Origin: Nitrospiraceae bacterium
Lineage (GTDB): Bacteria; Nitrospirota; Nitrospiria; Nitrospirales; Nitrospiraceae
Direction of reading: 5' to 3'
Length of the DNA: 64,000 nt
NCBI GenBank assembly: GCA_050246315.1
Contig: JBFWWG010000002.1
Location: 192,001 to 256,000, forward strand
Shown here: positions 40,964 through 50,403 of the stretch, piece by piece
Layout of the letters: each line of letters starts with the position of its first letter
Numbering within the stretch: position 1 is the stretch's first letter
Notes under the pieces: generated by a model
The model's input: the letters and a program-made list of their open reading frames with translations, nothing else
Databases searched by the model: none
What the model was told of the DNA's origin: nothing
Position numbers and translations under genes: made by a program

Positions 40964-42103
40964 CTACGTGGAGCGCATCTCCCACTGATTGCCCATCATG
41001 CCCACTTTGTTGCGATGTCGCCGAAGATCGTCGTGCGGCATGCTGTCGATGCTCATGCGGATATCCGCGTTCACATGACCCACTAGATAGTAACTATGTT
41101 CGACCAGACCCTTCACGATGCTTGTGCAGTCGATCTGGTGCACCTTGTTATGCACCAGTGTCGGCCGGGCCGGGCCGTTCGATCCCAATCGGTCGGGATT
41201 GCCTTTGGTATAGTCCGAGACGACCAATGCCGCGTCGCCACGGTTATAATAGACGCTCACGCTTCTGCCGAACTCGTGGAGTCGCCCCAGTGGGTGCCCC
41301 TCTTCCAATGCCGTATCGTCCACGTCGGGAGAGCAGAGAAAGATGTGTTCGAACAGACGAGGCAATGCGTTCCCCGGTGTGAAAGCGTCGCACCGTGTGA
41401 GCGCGTTTTGCAATAGATAGTTGCCCATGGAATGACACAACAGATGGAGATCCTGCTTGCAGAGCTCCTCCTCCGAACGACGCAGACTCGCGAGAAAATC
41501 CCGCACCTTCAGAATCCCGCGCCCCACCGCGTTGCCTGAACCGGCCGCCTCCGACCGGTCCGATTTGTAGGACACGAAGGGTAGCGCCATCCCGTCAGAC
41601 GGCCAACTGAACAGCACCACCTGCACATGCTGTTTCGGATCCCCCTCTGGACAATGATTCAGCATTTCCTGGAGCGACAGGGCCGAGCCGACCGCGTCAA
41701 CCCAGGAGACGTTGAAGCCATGGATATAGATCAGCACATCCGTATTCTTGAACATGATCGCTTGCAGATCGGAAAACGCCGCCTGCGATCCCAACTTGAT
41801 CTTCTCCTGTTGACCCTCCGCGACGGATCGATCGATCTTTTCGCGATAGGCGACAATGTCGGCGGACTCAGCGCACTTGGAGAGATATTTGATCAAGCCC
41901 TCGCCGTTCCCCTGTCCCATGATCCCGCAGTCCGCATCCAAGAACTTGGCCATCTTGGCCTCATCGGCCTCCACGGTCAGCCTGCCGAAACGGAGGTTCT
42001 CAACCCCGTCGTCGCTGAATTTCTTGCCGTAGCCGTCGGGGTGCCAGCGGTCCTTGCCGAGGTAATTGCGGTTGGTTGCGTAGAAGAGTTCTAGCTCGGT
42101 CAT
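40964..42103 (-). CDS. DUF900-type alpha/beta hydrolase
   Basis: FYATNR, IYIHGFNV, FSWPS, HSMGN nucleophile, PDVD, RLG, HSYY. Confidence 0.85.
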   Translation of the reverse strand: MTELELFYATNRNYLGKDRWHPDGYGKKFSDDGVENLRFGRLTVEADEAKMAKFLDADCGIMGQGNGEGLIKYLSKCAESADIVAYREKIDRSVAEGQQEKIKLGSQAAFSDLQAIMFKNTDVLIYIHGFNVSWVDAVGSALSLQEMLNHCPEGDPKQHVQVVLFSWPSDGMALPFVSYKSDRSEAAGSGNAVGRGILKVRDFLASLRRSEEELCKQDLHLLCHSMGNYLLQNALTRCDAFTPGNALPRLFEHIFLCSPDVDDTALEEGHPLGRLHEFGRSVSVYYNRGDAALVVSDYTKGNPDRLGSNGPARPTLVHNKVHQIDCTSIVKGLVEHSYYLVGHVNADIRMSIDSMPHDDLRRHRNKVGMMGNQWEMRST

Positions 42104-42118
42104 GCTCGTGGCTCCTTA

Positions 42119-42357
42119 GCGCGCATTATTCATGAACGCTGTTATTGCAATTGCGGATTCGCTGCTGGGCACCCATTGCTCCAAGATTGCAATGGGTCCC
42201 GGCCTGCGTGCGGAGTTTCAGCACGCAAGAGAGCGGGCTCGCCGCTCGGTCGGTCAACATACTGTTTCAAGTATGCCTCCCTCCTTCGCGGCTCCACGCG
42301 CCCGTCTCGCGACGCGACCCCACAATTTCGCGACAAACCGTCATGAATAATGCGCGC
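42119..42357 (-). mobile_element. MITE-like element, copy B (239 bp)
   Basis: Perfect 17-bp terminal inverted repeats GCGCGCATTATTCATGA (42119-42135) / TCATGAATAATGCGCGC (42341-42357); no credible ORF; similar to copy A. Confidence 0.75.
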
Positions 42358-42477
42358 CGCATATCGTGAAATGCTGTCACCGGCGCCGGCGGCGCTCGGC
42401 GAGATGTCCATATCGGCTTCGACGACTGAAGTCAAGAACGAGCTGTCTGGATGCGCTCCACGAGCAATCGACTCGTC

Positions 42478-43359
42478 CTATCCCTCCTCCGATCGAGCAG
42501 GCGAGATCACTTCGTACAGTGCGGAATAGTCCGCATCGCCCCATCCTTGACCGACGGCCTCAGATATGAGTGATCGCACTCCGTCCAACCCGCCGGTCTG
42601 TAGATTCAGACTCTCCGCCGCTTCTCGGCAGAGATCGATGTCCTTCAACAGATGCCGAGCGGAGAAATTCGGATTGTCGTACTGCCGGTTGAGGAGCCGC
42701 GGTAATTTCTTCTCGAACATGGGTGCGAACAACGCACTGTCGCGCAACAGCGTCATGAACGATTCCACCGGAACACCGGACCGTTGAATCATCGCCAAAC
42801 TAAGTGACAGGGCCGCGATATGCGAGGCGATCAATTGATTGAGCGCCAGCTTCACCAGAGCCGCCCGTCCGACCGGTCCGATCCAGCGAGGGTGAGGGCC
42901 GAAGCAGCCTAACAACCCCTGCCATGCGGCAAACTGTTCGGGGCTCGCTCCGACCATCACGAGCAGCCGACCTTCCTTCGCCTCGGCAAGGCTCCCAAGA
43001 ACCGGAGCCTCCAGGTAGTCGCCACCGAGCGCGGCGATTTTCCGCCCGCAGGTACGGCTTTCGTCGGGACCGATCGTTCCCATCTGGATCACGGTCTTTT
43101 CGTTCAAGACCGACGGTCCATCCAACAGATCCAACACGGCATGGATCGCCTGCGCATCCGCCAGCATCAGGATGATCACCCGTGCCTCCTGGATCGCCTG
43201 GATGGGATGTCCGGCCACCGGTATCCCTTGTCGCCGCAGGTCCTCAACCTTCCGACTCGTTCGATTGTAGAGACGCACGTCGTAGCCGCAGGCCTTGAGA
43301 CGCAGCGCCAACGGCCTCCCCATCAATCCTCCGCCCAGCACAGCAACCGTTACTGACAC
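42478..43359 (-). CDS. 3-hydroxyisobutyrate dehydrogenase-family NAD(P)-dependent oxidoreductase
   Basis: GGGLMG, YNRT, EAPVLGS, KLALNQ, KDIDL. Confidence 0.88.
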   Translation of the reverse strand: MSVTVAVLGGGLMGRPLALRLKACGYDVRLYNRTSRKVEDLRRQGIPVAGHPIQAIQEARVIILMLADAQAIHAVLDLLDGPSVLNEKTVIQMGTIGPDESRTCGRKIAALGGDYLEAPVLGSLAEAKEGRLLVMVGASPEQFAAWQGLLGCFGPHPRWIGPVGRAALVKLALNQLIASHIAALSLSLAMIQRSGVPVESFMTLLRDSALFAPMFEKKLPRLLNRQYDNPNFSARHLLKDIDLCREAAESLNLQTGGLDGVRSLISEAVGQGWGDADYSALYEVISPARSEEG

Positions 43360-43371
43360 GGCACCCTCCGA

Positions 43372-44166
43372 TTACTTTGGCAGCAACGCAATGACCCGCA
43401 CCGGTCCTCCGCTCCCGCCTTTGATCTTCATCGGTAACAGGATCAGCGTGGCGCCCTTCGGGGGAAGCCTTTCCAGATTGGCGAGGTTCTCCAAGCCATA
43501 GAGGTTTGCTCCGTTGACAACCTGGTGAACAATAAAATCTCCCGACGGCCCATGGTCTATGCTGGCCGTGTCGATGCCGATTCCGTCGATCCGACGCTCC
43601 GTCGTCAGATAGGCCGCTGCCTCCTTGGAAAACCCTGGAAAGTGCAGAGTGGCGGCGTCGTCGGGCGTCATGCTGCCCAGGTAGGCCGATCGGTCCGGCC
43701 AGAAGCGCCCCCAGCCGGTTCTCATCAAGACAATCGCTCCATCGGGAATCCTGCCATGAGCCTGCTCCCAAGTTCGGATGTCGTCGATCGTCATGCGATA
43801 GTCCCGATCCTGCCTCGCCGCCTCCGACACATCGATCACGACCGCGGGACCGATCAGATTCTGAAGCGGGATGGCGTCCAACGTCATCCCTTCCTTGGCA
43901 AAGTGAATCGGAGCGTCGAGATGCGTTCCTCCATGCTCCGCAGTACAGAATTGCGCCGAGGCGTACCAGTATCCCCCCGGGGAGGAACCCCACGAAGTCT
44001 GTTCCCAAGCGAAGGGCTTGTTGTGGGGCCAGTAGATCGTCTGTTCATCGAAGGGATAGGTGAGGTCAATGAGAGTCCGCTCATCAAGCTCGGCCAAAGC
44101 CGAGGACGCGAGCACGACCATCAAGGCCAGACTCATGAGAACGGACCGATCAATCGTTCGTGCCAT
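43372..44166 (-). CDS. Secreted cyclase/kynurenine-formamidase-family metallohydrolase
   Basis: EHGGTHLDAPIHF, GIDTASID, ENL, GGSGGPVR; signal peptide. Confidence 0.85.
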   Translation of the reverse strand: MARTIDRSVLMSLALMVVLASSALAELDERTLIDLTYPFDEQTIYWPHNKPFAWEQTSWGSSPGGYWYASAQFCTAEHGGTHLDAPIHFAKEGMTLDAIPLQNLIGPAVVIDVSEAARQDRDYRMTIDDIRTWEQAHGRIPDGAIVLMRTGWGRFWPDRSAYLGSMTPDDAATLHFPGFSKEAAAYLTTERRIDGIGIDTASIDHGPSGDFIVHQVVNGANLYGLENLANLERLPPKGATLILLPMKIKGGSGGPVRVIALLPK

Positions 44167-44256
44167 GGTGGCTCCTTTGCACCTGTTCTCAACGTCCCGC
44201 TCACCACAGACCGACGGGGCTGGCAGCAGCGTGATCGCCTATGCTACTTCTCTTCC

Positions 44257-45441
44257 ATGGTGGATGTCTCGCCCTCCGCTTCTCTTTCCGACTCTCTCTC
44301 TGGCGCCAGAGTGCCTGTCACCTATCAAATTAGAGGAGACGAGTCTCACGCGCGACGGCAGGCCGATCTCATCTGCATCGACCAAACGGTGGAAGCAGCC
44401 GAGGAGGTCATCCCAGCCGGACCGATACGGGATCAATTACTCGGCCGCATCGAATCGTTCGACAGAGTTGGAGAGGACCGGTGGAGCGCCACGATCAGTT
44501 TCCCGATCGAGCTGGCAAAGGCTGACGCCGTGGACCTGCTTCATCTGCTGTACGGCACGACCAGCCTCAAGAGCGGCATTCGTGTCACAAGCCTCGACCT
44601 GCCGGAACAGGGGCTCGACGGCTGGACCGGCCCGCGCTTCGGACAGGCCGGCCTCAGAACGCTCCTGGGAATCCAGCACCGCCCCCTGGTCTGTGCTGTT
44701 CTCAAGCCACTGGGCCTGTCGACACGAGACCTCGCAGTGCTGGCCTATCAATTTGCCCTCGCAGGAATCGATCTGGTCAAGGACGATCAAGGGCTCAACG
44801 ACCAGCCCTTCTGCCGTTTTGAAGATCGAGTGCAGGCTTGCGCGGAAGCAGTAACCCGTGCCAATCGTGAAACCGGACAGCACTGCCTCTACGCTCCGCA
44901 CATCGGCGCGGCCCTCCCGGTAGCCAGGGATCGCGCCCTCTTTGCGAAAGCCAGCGGAGCCGGCGCCCTGCTCATCTGTCCGGGACTTACAGGGTACGAG
45001 ACCTTGCGCCTGCTGGCCGCCGATCCGGAGATCACGCTGCCCCTTCTGAGTCACCCAGCTCTCCTGGGCACCTATGCCATCAACTCCGATACCGGTTTGG
45101 CCCCTGCACTCCTCTATGGCCAACTCCCACGCTTGATGGGAGCAGACATCAGCCTTTATCCGACCTACGGTGGCGACTTTGCCATGACCAGCGCGGATTG
45201 TCGGGCCATCGCGCGCGCAGCCTCGACCCCGTTCGGTGGGACCAGATCGATGTTTCCCAGTGCCGCCGGCCGGATGGGCTTCGGACAGATTCCGGAGATC
45301 GCGACATTGTATGGACCGGACGTGGTGTACATTCTCGGAAGCCGCATTCAGAAACATCCGGACGGCCTTGTGAACGGCTGCCGTCAGTTCATTCAGGCGA
45401 TCAGCCGACCCTCGTCCTCAGACCGACCGTCCTGGTCATGA
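44257..45441 (+). CDS. RuBisCO-like protein (form IV)
   Basis: GPRFG..GLR, LKPLGL, IDLVKDDQ (KDDE variant), HPA, PSAAG; ATG 44257 is in frame with the long ORF. Confidence 0.85.
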   Translation: MVDVSPSASLSDSLSGARVPVTYQIRGDESHARRQADLICIDQTVEAAEEVIPAGPIRDQLLGRIESFDRVGEDRWSATISFPIELAKADAVDLLHLLYGTTSLKSGIRVTSLDLPEQGLDGWTGPRFGQAGLRTLLGIQHRPLVCAVLKPLGLSTRDLAVLAYQFALAGIDLVKDDQGLNDQPFCRFEDRVQACAEAVTRANRETGQHCLYAPHIGAALPVARDRALFAKASGAGALLICPGLTGYETLRLLAADPEITLPLLSHPALLGTYAINSDTGLAPALLYGQLPRLMGADISLYPTYGGDFAMTSADCRAIARAASTPFGGTRSMFPSAAGRMGFGQIPEIATLYGPDVVYILGSRIQKHPDGLVNGCRQFIQAISRPSSSDRPSWS

Positions 45442-47702
45442 CTCTCATGGCACCTTCCGCCATCACGCCCGAGTGCCGCCGCACTGTTCCGGCCCAGCGG
45501 GCAGGACGGCCGCGAGTCCTGCTGATTATTCCTCCTCTGACCCAGCTCAATACGCCATATCCCTCCACTGCGTATCTGACAGGATTCCTGCGGTCACGCG
45601 GCTATGAGGCGTTTCAAGCCGACCTTGGTATCGAGATGGTTCTCTCCCTGTTTTCAAGGAAGGGACTGCAGGAGGTCTTCGAGACCATCAGGCGGCAGTC
45701 GAGTGACCTCCCGGGCGAGGCCAGACAAATGCTGGCGCTCGAACAGGCCTACGTCAACTCGATCGATGAAGTCGTCGCCTTTCTCCAGGGTAAGGACCCC
45801 TCTCTTGCCACGCGCATTAGTCAGGGCCGATTTCTCCCGCAGGGACCCAGGTTCGCTCGGCTTGCGGATTCGGACGAACAATCAGCCGCACTGTCAACCC
45901 TGGATCGAGCCAAATATTTGGCGACTCTCTACCTCGAGGATCTTGCCGACCTGATTCATGAAACCGTCGCCACGCAGTTTGCACTGAGCCGATACGCCGA
46001 GCATGTCGGAACCTCGGCTTCATCCTTCGATCAAGTTTTCCAGTCCCTCTCCGCCGCTCCATCCTTGACCGATCGCCTGATGCTTCAGGCCCTGGCTCAA
46101 CATATGACATCAGTTCGTCCCACGCTGGTCGGATTGACGGTACCTTTTCCGGGCAACCTCTACGGGGCCTTTCGCATCGCCCAATGGCTCAAATCCAACC
46201 ATCCGACCATCACCGTTGCGCTGGGCGGCGGCTATGCCAACACGGAACTCCGCCGTCTTCAAGACCCGAGGGTCTTCGACTATGTGGACTTTGTGACGCT
46301 GGACGATGGAGAAAAGCCGCTGTTGTATCTCCTGGAACACCTATGCGACCGGCGGGCGGTATCGTCGCTCTGCCGAACCTATTATCGGACGCAGAGCCAC
46401 GTGGTGTTTGCGTTCAACCATTCTGAGCCGGATTTGTCCATCCAGGAGGTCGGCCCGCCAACCTACGACGGACTTCCGCTCGATCGCTACTTGTCGATCC
46501 TCGACACGACAAACCCTATGCATCGCCTCTGGTCCGATGGTCATTGGAACAAGTTGACCGTCGCCCACGGGTGCTACTGGAAGCGTTGTACGTTCTGCGA
46601 TGTCGGGTTGGATTACATCGGCCGTTATGAAGCGACGGCCACCGATGTCTTGCTCGGACGCATCGAGCGGTTGATCCAGGAAACGGGCCGCCGCGGATTC
46701 CATTTTGTGGACGAAGCCGCGCCACCAGTCTCGCTCAAGTCGCTTGCGCTCAGATTGCTCGAGAAAGGCCTGACCATCTCATGGTGGGGGAACATCCGAT
46801 TTGAGGAAGCCTTCACGCCGGACCTCTGCCGGTTGCTGGCGGCTTCGGGCTGCATCGCCGTCAGCGCCGGTCTTGAGGTGGCCTCCGATCGCCTGCTGGC
46901 GAAAATGGACAAGGGCATTACCGTGGATCAAACGGTTCGGGTGGCAGCGGCCTTTCGGCAGGCCGGCGTCCTCATCCATGCGTATCTCATGTATGGATTC
47001 CCAAGCGAGACGATCCAGGAAACGATCGACAGCCTGGAACGGGTCCGACAACTCTTCGCCGCAGATCTGATTCAATCCGCGTTCTGGCACAGATTCGTCG
47101 CCACCGCTCACAGCCCGATCGGCCTCGATCCGGCAAGCCATGGCATCACGATTCTCGGACCGTTACATAAAGGGTTTGCGGAGAACGATCTGGTCTATGA
47201 AGATCGCTCGACCTTGGTACCCGATTGGCTCGGGCTCGGCCTTCGCACCGCACTCTCCGCTTACATGGAACGGCAAGGATTAGCAAGACCGGTGCATCGC
47301 TGGTTCACCCACCGCGCACCTGCGACGACCGTCTCAGGCGATTGGATCGCCTGCGCGTTGCGCGCGTCTTCGAAAACCGGCCGTTCCCTCGCCAATCGCA
47401 ACCGTCGCCTGATCTGGATCGGTGGACAGCCGGTCATCGAGCGGAGCGACACACAGACTTGCATCGTCATCCTTCCGAACGTCACAGAGGATCGTCGCCT
47501 CCGTCTGAACAGACCTCAGACGGATTGGCTGCGGGACTTGCTCGGAAGTGCGACTCCCCGGAGCCAGCAACCATCGGCGGCATACCGGAAACTGGCGGAG
47601 GTGCGAGAGACCTATCCGTTCGGTGGCCCCGCGGCGTTCGACTCCTGGTCACGGAAACGCGCCTGGCAAACGATCAGACAGGCTGGCTTGCTGTTGATCT
47701 GA
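45438..47702 (+). CDS. B12-binding-type radical SAM protein
   Basis: PLTQLNTPYPSTAYL, LGGGY, GCYWKRCTFC, FVDEA, HAYLMYGFP; ATGA overlap with the RLP gene. Confidence 0.85.
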   Translation: MTLMAPSAITPECRRTVPAQRAGRPRVLLIIPPLTQLNTPYPSTAYLTGFLRSRGYEAFQADLGIEMVLSLFSRKGLQEVFETIRRQSSDLPGEARQMLALEQAYVNSIDEVVAFLQGKDPSLATRISQGRFLPQGPRFARLADSDEQSAALSTLDRAKYLATLYLEDLADLIHETVATQFALSRYAEHVGTSASSFDQVFQSLSAAPSLTDRLMLQALAQHMTSVRPTLVGLTVPFPGNLYGAFRIAQWLKSNHPTITVALGGGYANTELRRLQDPRVFDYVDFVTLDDGEKPLLYLLEHLCDRRAVSSLCRTYYRTQSHVVFAFNHSEPDLSIQEVGPPTYDGLPLDRYLSILDTTNPMHRLWSDGHWNKLTVAHGCYWKRCTFCDVGLDYIGRYEATATDVLLGRIERLIQETGRRGFHFVDEAAPPVSLKSLALRLLEKGLTISWWGNIRFEEAFTPDLCRLLAASGCIAVSAGLEVASDRLLAKMDKGITVDQTVRVAAAFRQAGVLIHAYLMYGFPSETIQETIDSLERVRQLFAADLIQSAFWHRFVATAHSPIGLDPASHGITILGPLHKGFAENDLVYEDRSTLVPDWLGLGLRTALSAYMERQGLARPVHRWFTHRAPATTVSGDWIACALRASSKTGRSLANRNRRLIWIGGQPVIERSDTQTCIVILPNVTEDRRLRLNRPQTDWLRDLLGSATPRSQQPSAAYRKLAEVRETYPFGGPAAFDSWSRKRAWQTIRQAGLLLI

Positions 47703-47794
47703 TCCGGTCGAACCGAGCGCATCCACACAATCGGAAAGGCGATGGACGCCCCGAATCAAGTGGTCGGACTTTTCCCCATTCCTGCCGGAAAAGC

Positions 47795-47820
47795 GAAGAG
47801 CCGCCCTGAGGCGGCTCTTC
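47795..47820. terminator. Probable terminator hairpin
   Basis: GAAGAGCCGCC-CTGA-GGCGGCTCTTC between convergent genes. Confidence 0.65.
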
Positions 47821-47845
47821 TGCATTCCGACAGGCTATCCGGCCC

Positions 47846-48481
47846 CTACTTGTTGGGCTGTGGCGTGTACCGGAGATAGGGCTTGACGGCCTTAAACCCT
47901 TTGGGGAAGAGCTGCTTGGCTTCCTCGTCGTTGACCGCCGGCGTGATGATGCAGTCCTGCCCTTCCCTCCAGTTCACCGGCGTAGCCACCTTGAAGTTTG
48001 AGGTCAATTGCAGCGAATCGATCACCCGCAACAGCTCGTCGAAGTTTCTCCCGCAGGAGGCTGGGTAGGTCAGGGTGAGCTTGATCTTCTTATCCGGTCC
48101 GATCACAAACACAGACCGGACGGTCATGTTGTCGAGCGCGTTGGGATGAATCATGTCATAGAGCGTCGCAACCTTCTTCTCCGGGTCCGCGATCAGAGGA
48201 TAGTTCACGGTGCAGTTTTGCGTTTCATTAATGTCGTTGATCCACCCCTTGTGGGCATCGAGCGGATCGACGCTCACCGCGAGCACCTTGACGTTGCGCT
48301 TCTTGAAATCGTTCGCGATCTTCGCCATGTAGCCCAGCTCCGTGGTGCACACGGGTGTAAAGTCCTTGGGGTGTGAAAAGAGAATGCCCCAACCGTTGCC
48401 CAGCCACTCGTGAAAGTTGATCTTGCCCTCGGTCGTGTCGGCCATAAAATTCGGCGCTTCATCGCCTAGTCGCAATGGCAT
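47846..48481 (-). CDS. 1-Cys peroxiredoxin (Prx6)
   Basis: SHPKDFTPVCTTEL, YP...GRNFDE, ATPVNW. Confidence 0.93.
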   Translation of the reverse strand: MPLRLGDEAPNFMADTTEGKINFHEWLGNGWGILFSHPKDFTPVCTTELGYMAKIANDFKKRNVKVLAVSVDPLDAHKGWINDINETQNCTVNYPLIADPEKKVATLYDMIHPNALDNMTVRSVFVIGPDKKIKLTLTYPASCGRNFDELLRVIDSLQLTSNFKVATPVNWREGQDCIITPAVNDEEAKQLFPKGFKAVKPYLRYTPQPNK

Positions 48482-48694
48482 GGGATGCCTCCTTTTTCTA
48501 GAAGATTTATAAGGACGTAAGGCAGCGGCTCGGAAGGATGCTTGTCCGGCGAACCTTATCGTGTGCCTACGTTACAGCGGCAGCCACGCCATGTTCAAGA
48601 GCACCATGGAAGCCCTTCGACCATACGGAGGATGCGAGCAAGGCCCCGGATTGCTATAATGGGAAACGCGTGATTACCTACCAAGCGAGATACG

Positions 48695-50392
48695 ATGAAA
48701 CTGCTGTTCAGATTGTTGATCCTGTGGCTCATGCTGTTCGAGGTGGAACGGTCCGGCCCATTTGCACAAACCGTCATGGACAGCGCCTCGGAGGGTTCCT
48801 CACAGACCCCTTCGACCGATGCCCCCGCTCCTCCTCCCGATGCTCAGGGTGCCGCACCCGAAGGCAGCCACAGTTCCGGCTCAGAGCCTAACCAAACCCC
48901 TGATACCAACTCTTCCGGCCCTCAGGAGCTTGCGAGCCCCGGCTCCAGAGCGGCAGGCGAGCCGCAACCTCGTCCGGATTTGCCCTCGGAACTGACCTTG
49001 CCGACCCCGCAGGTGCAGGAGAGCCCCCTTCCCTCTCCGCACACCCCGGCTCCCAGCCCCATTGTGCCACATCCGGAAGCGCCTCCGGTTCCGCTGGAAG
49101 CGGAACCCATGAATGAAAAGCCGCCGGCGCAATCATCTGCGACTCCGTCTCAGGCCGAAGAAGAAGCGGCGCCTCCGGAGTCAATGCAGCCGTCGCCTCT
49201 GGTGACGACGACGGAGGCCAATCCCCTGGATGAGGCCAGGGTTCTGCTCCTCAAGGGTGAGTACCTGGACGCCGCAACCCGGTTCCGACAAACGGTTCGC
49301 GACTACCCTGATCTGATCGAGGCGCGGCTCGCACTGGGGGAGGCCCTCGCGGCACTGGGCGACATGGACGGGGCCCTTGAGGAATACCGACGCGTCATTC
49401 AGCGCGATCCACAGGCCACCGCCGGCCATCTAAAAGTCGCCGGGCTCTTGATGGCCAAACGCCATTGGAAGGAGGCGCAGGCCGCCTTGAATATCGCCGT
49501 CGCCCAACAGCCGACTCACCCTCAGGCTCACTATGCGATGGGTGTGATTCGATACAGCGTCGGCGACACAGGCGGGGCCATTGAAGCCTTTCGCCGTGTT
49601 ATCGAACTCAAACCGGATTCTGCTGACGCCCATTATCAGCTCGGATTGTTGCTGAAATTGACCAAGCAGAAAAGAGAGGCCGCCGTCGAATTCGCCACGG
49701 CGGCCGCTGCAGGCCATCCCCGCGCCCAATATTTTATCGGCGCCGCCTATGCTTCCGGCAGCGGCATCGACAAGCAGATGGCCACGGCGGTGCAATGGTG
49801 GATGGCGGCGGAGGATCACGGTGTGCAAGAAGCCCATGATGCGCTGGCGCGCCTACGGCGGGCCGTTTATAAATGGCCGGACACGCCAGAAGGCATCAAG
49901 GCTGCCCAGGCTTTTGCCGCCTACCGCGACGCGCTCTGGAAAGAGTTCCCCTCGATTACCCGCAGCGACAGGGAAGACAGTCTCGGCGGACATCTGTTGG
50001 CGCTCAATCACATCGGCGAAGCGATCCCGGTGCTGATTCGGGAAGCGAGCGCCATGGATACTTTGGCCGGATCGCAATTAGCCCTCATCTACGAACGAGG
50101 TGCGGACCCGATTGTCGCTCCCTTTGACACCCGCATCTTGCGCTACTTCCAATCTGCCGCTTCCGAAGGCGTACCTCAGGCGAAGTTGACGCTGGCGCGT
50201 ATCCGCGCCCTCGGCCTCGGCGTTCCCGCCGACAAGCAGAGCGCTCTGAACCTGCTCAAGGGCCTTCACGGAATTAAGGCGGAGCAGCTCCTGGCCGATT
50301 GGGCCGCTGCCGCAAACGGTGCGATACCTCCGCCGACCGGACAGGCACAACAGTCCGGCACGGCACCAGGTTCCAACAACAATACCAACTGA
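48695..50392 (+). CDS. Secreted TPR/Sel1-repeat protein with Pro/Ser-rich N-terminal linker
   Basis: Signal peptide, ~150-aa P/S/E-rich region, several TPRs, Sel1-like AQYFIGAAYASGSG. Confidence 0.8.
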   Translation: MKLLFRLLILWLMLFEVERSGPFAQTVMDSASEGSSQTPSTDAPAPPPDAQGAAPEGSHSSGSEPNQTPDTNSSGPQELASPGSRAAGEPQPRPDLPSELTLPTPQVQESPLPSPHTPAPSPIVPHPEAPPVPLEAEPMNEKPPAQSSATPSQAEEEAAPPESMQPSPLVTTTEANPLDEARVLLLKGEYLDAATRFRQTVRDYPDLIEARLALGEALAALGDMDGALEEYRRVIQRDPQATAGHLKVAGLLMAKRHWKEAQAALNIAVAQQPTHPQAHYAMGVIRYSVGDTGGAIEAFRRVIELKPDSADAHYQLGLLLKLTKQKREAAVEFATAAAAGHPRAQYFIGAAYASGSGIDKQMATAVQWWMAAEDHGVQEAHDALARLRRAVYKWPDTPEGIKAAQAFAAYRDALWKEFPSITRSDREDSLGGHLLALNHIGEAIPVLIREASAMDTLAGSQLALIYERGADPIVAPFDTRILRYFQSAASEGVPQAKLTLARIRALGLGVPADKQSALNLLKGLHGIKAEQLLADWAAAANGAIPPPTGQAQQSGTAPGSNNNTN

Positions 50393-50403
50393 GTTCATCA
50401 TCG

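Noticed and set aside
35100..42400. Integrase, transposase or prophage genes in the islet
   Set aside because: No tyrosine/serine recombinase, DDE/HUH transposase or phage ORF is recognisable in the window.
43525..44256. Apparent 244-aa N-terminal extension of the RLP ORF
   Set aside because: It overlaps the cyclase gene on the other strand; RLP-like sequence starts near ATG 44257.
44257..45441. Carboxylating RuBisCO (form I-III)
   Set aside because: KDDQ motif, short length, and no small subunit or phosphoribulokinase nearby point to form IV.
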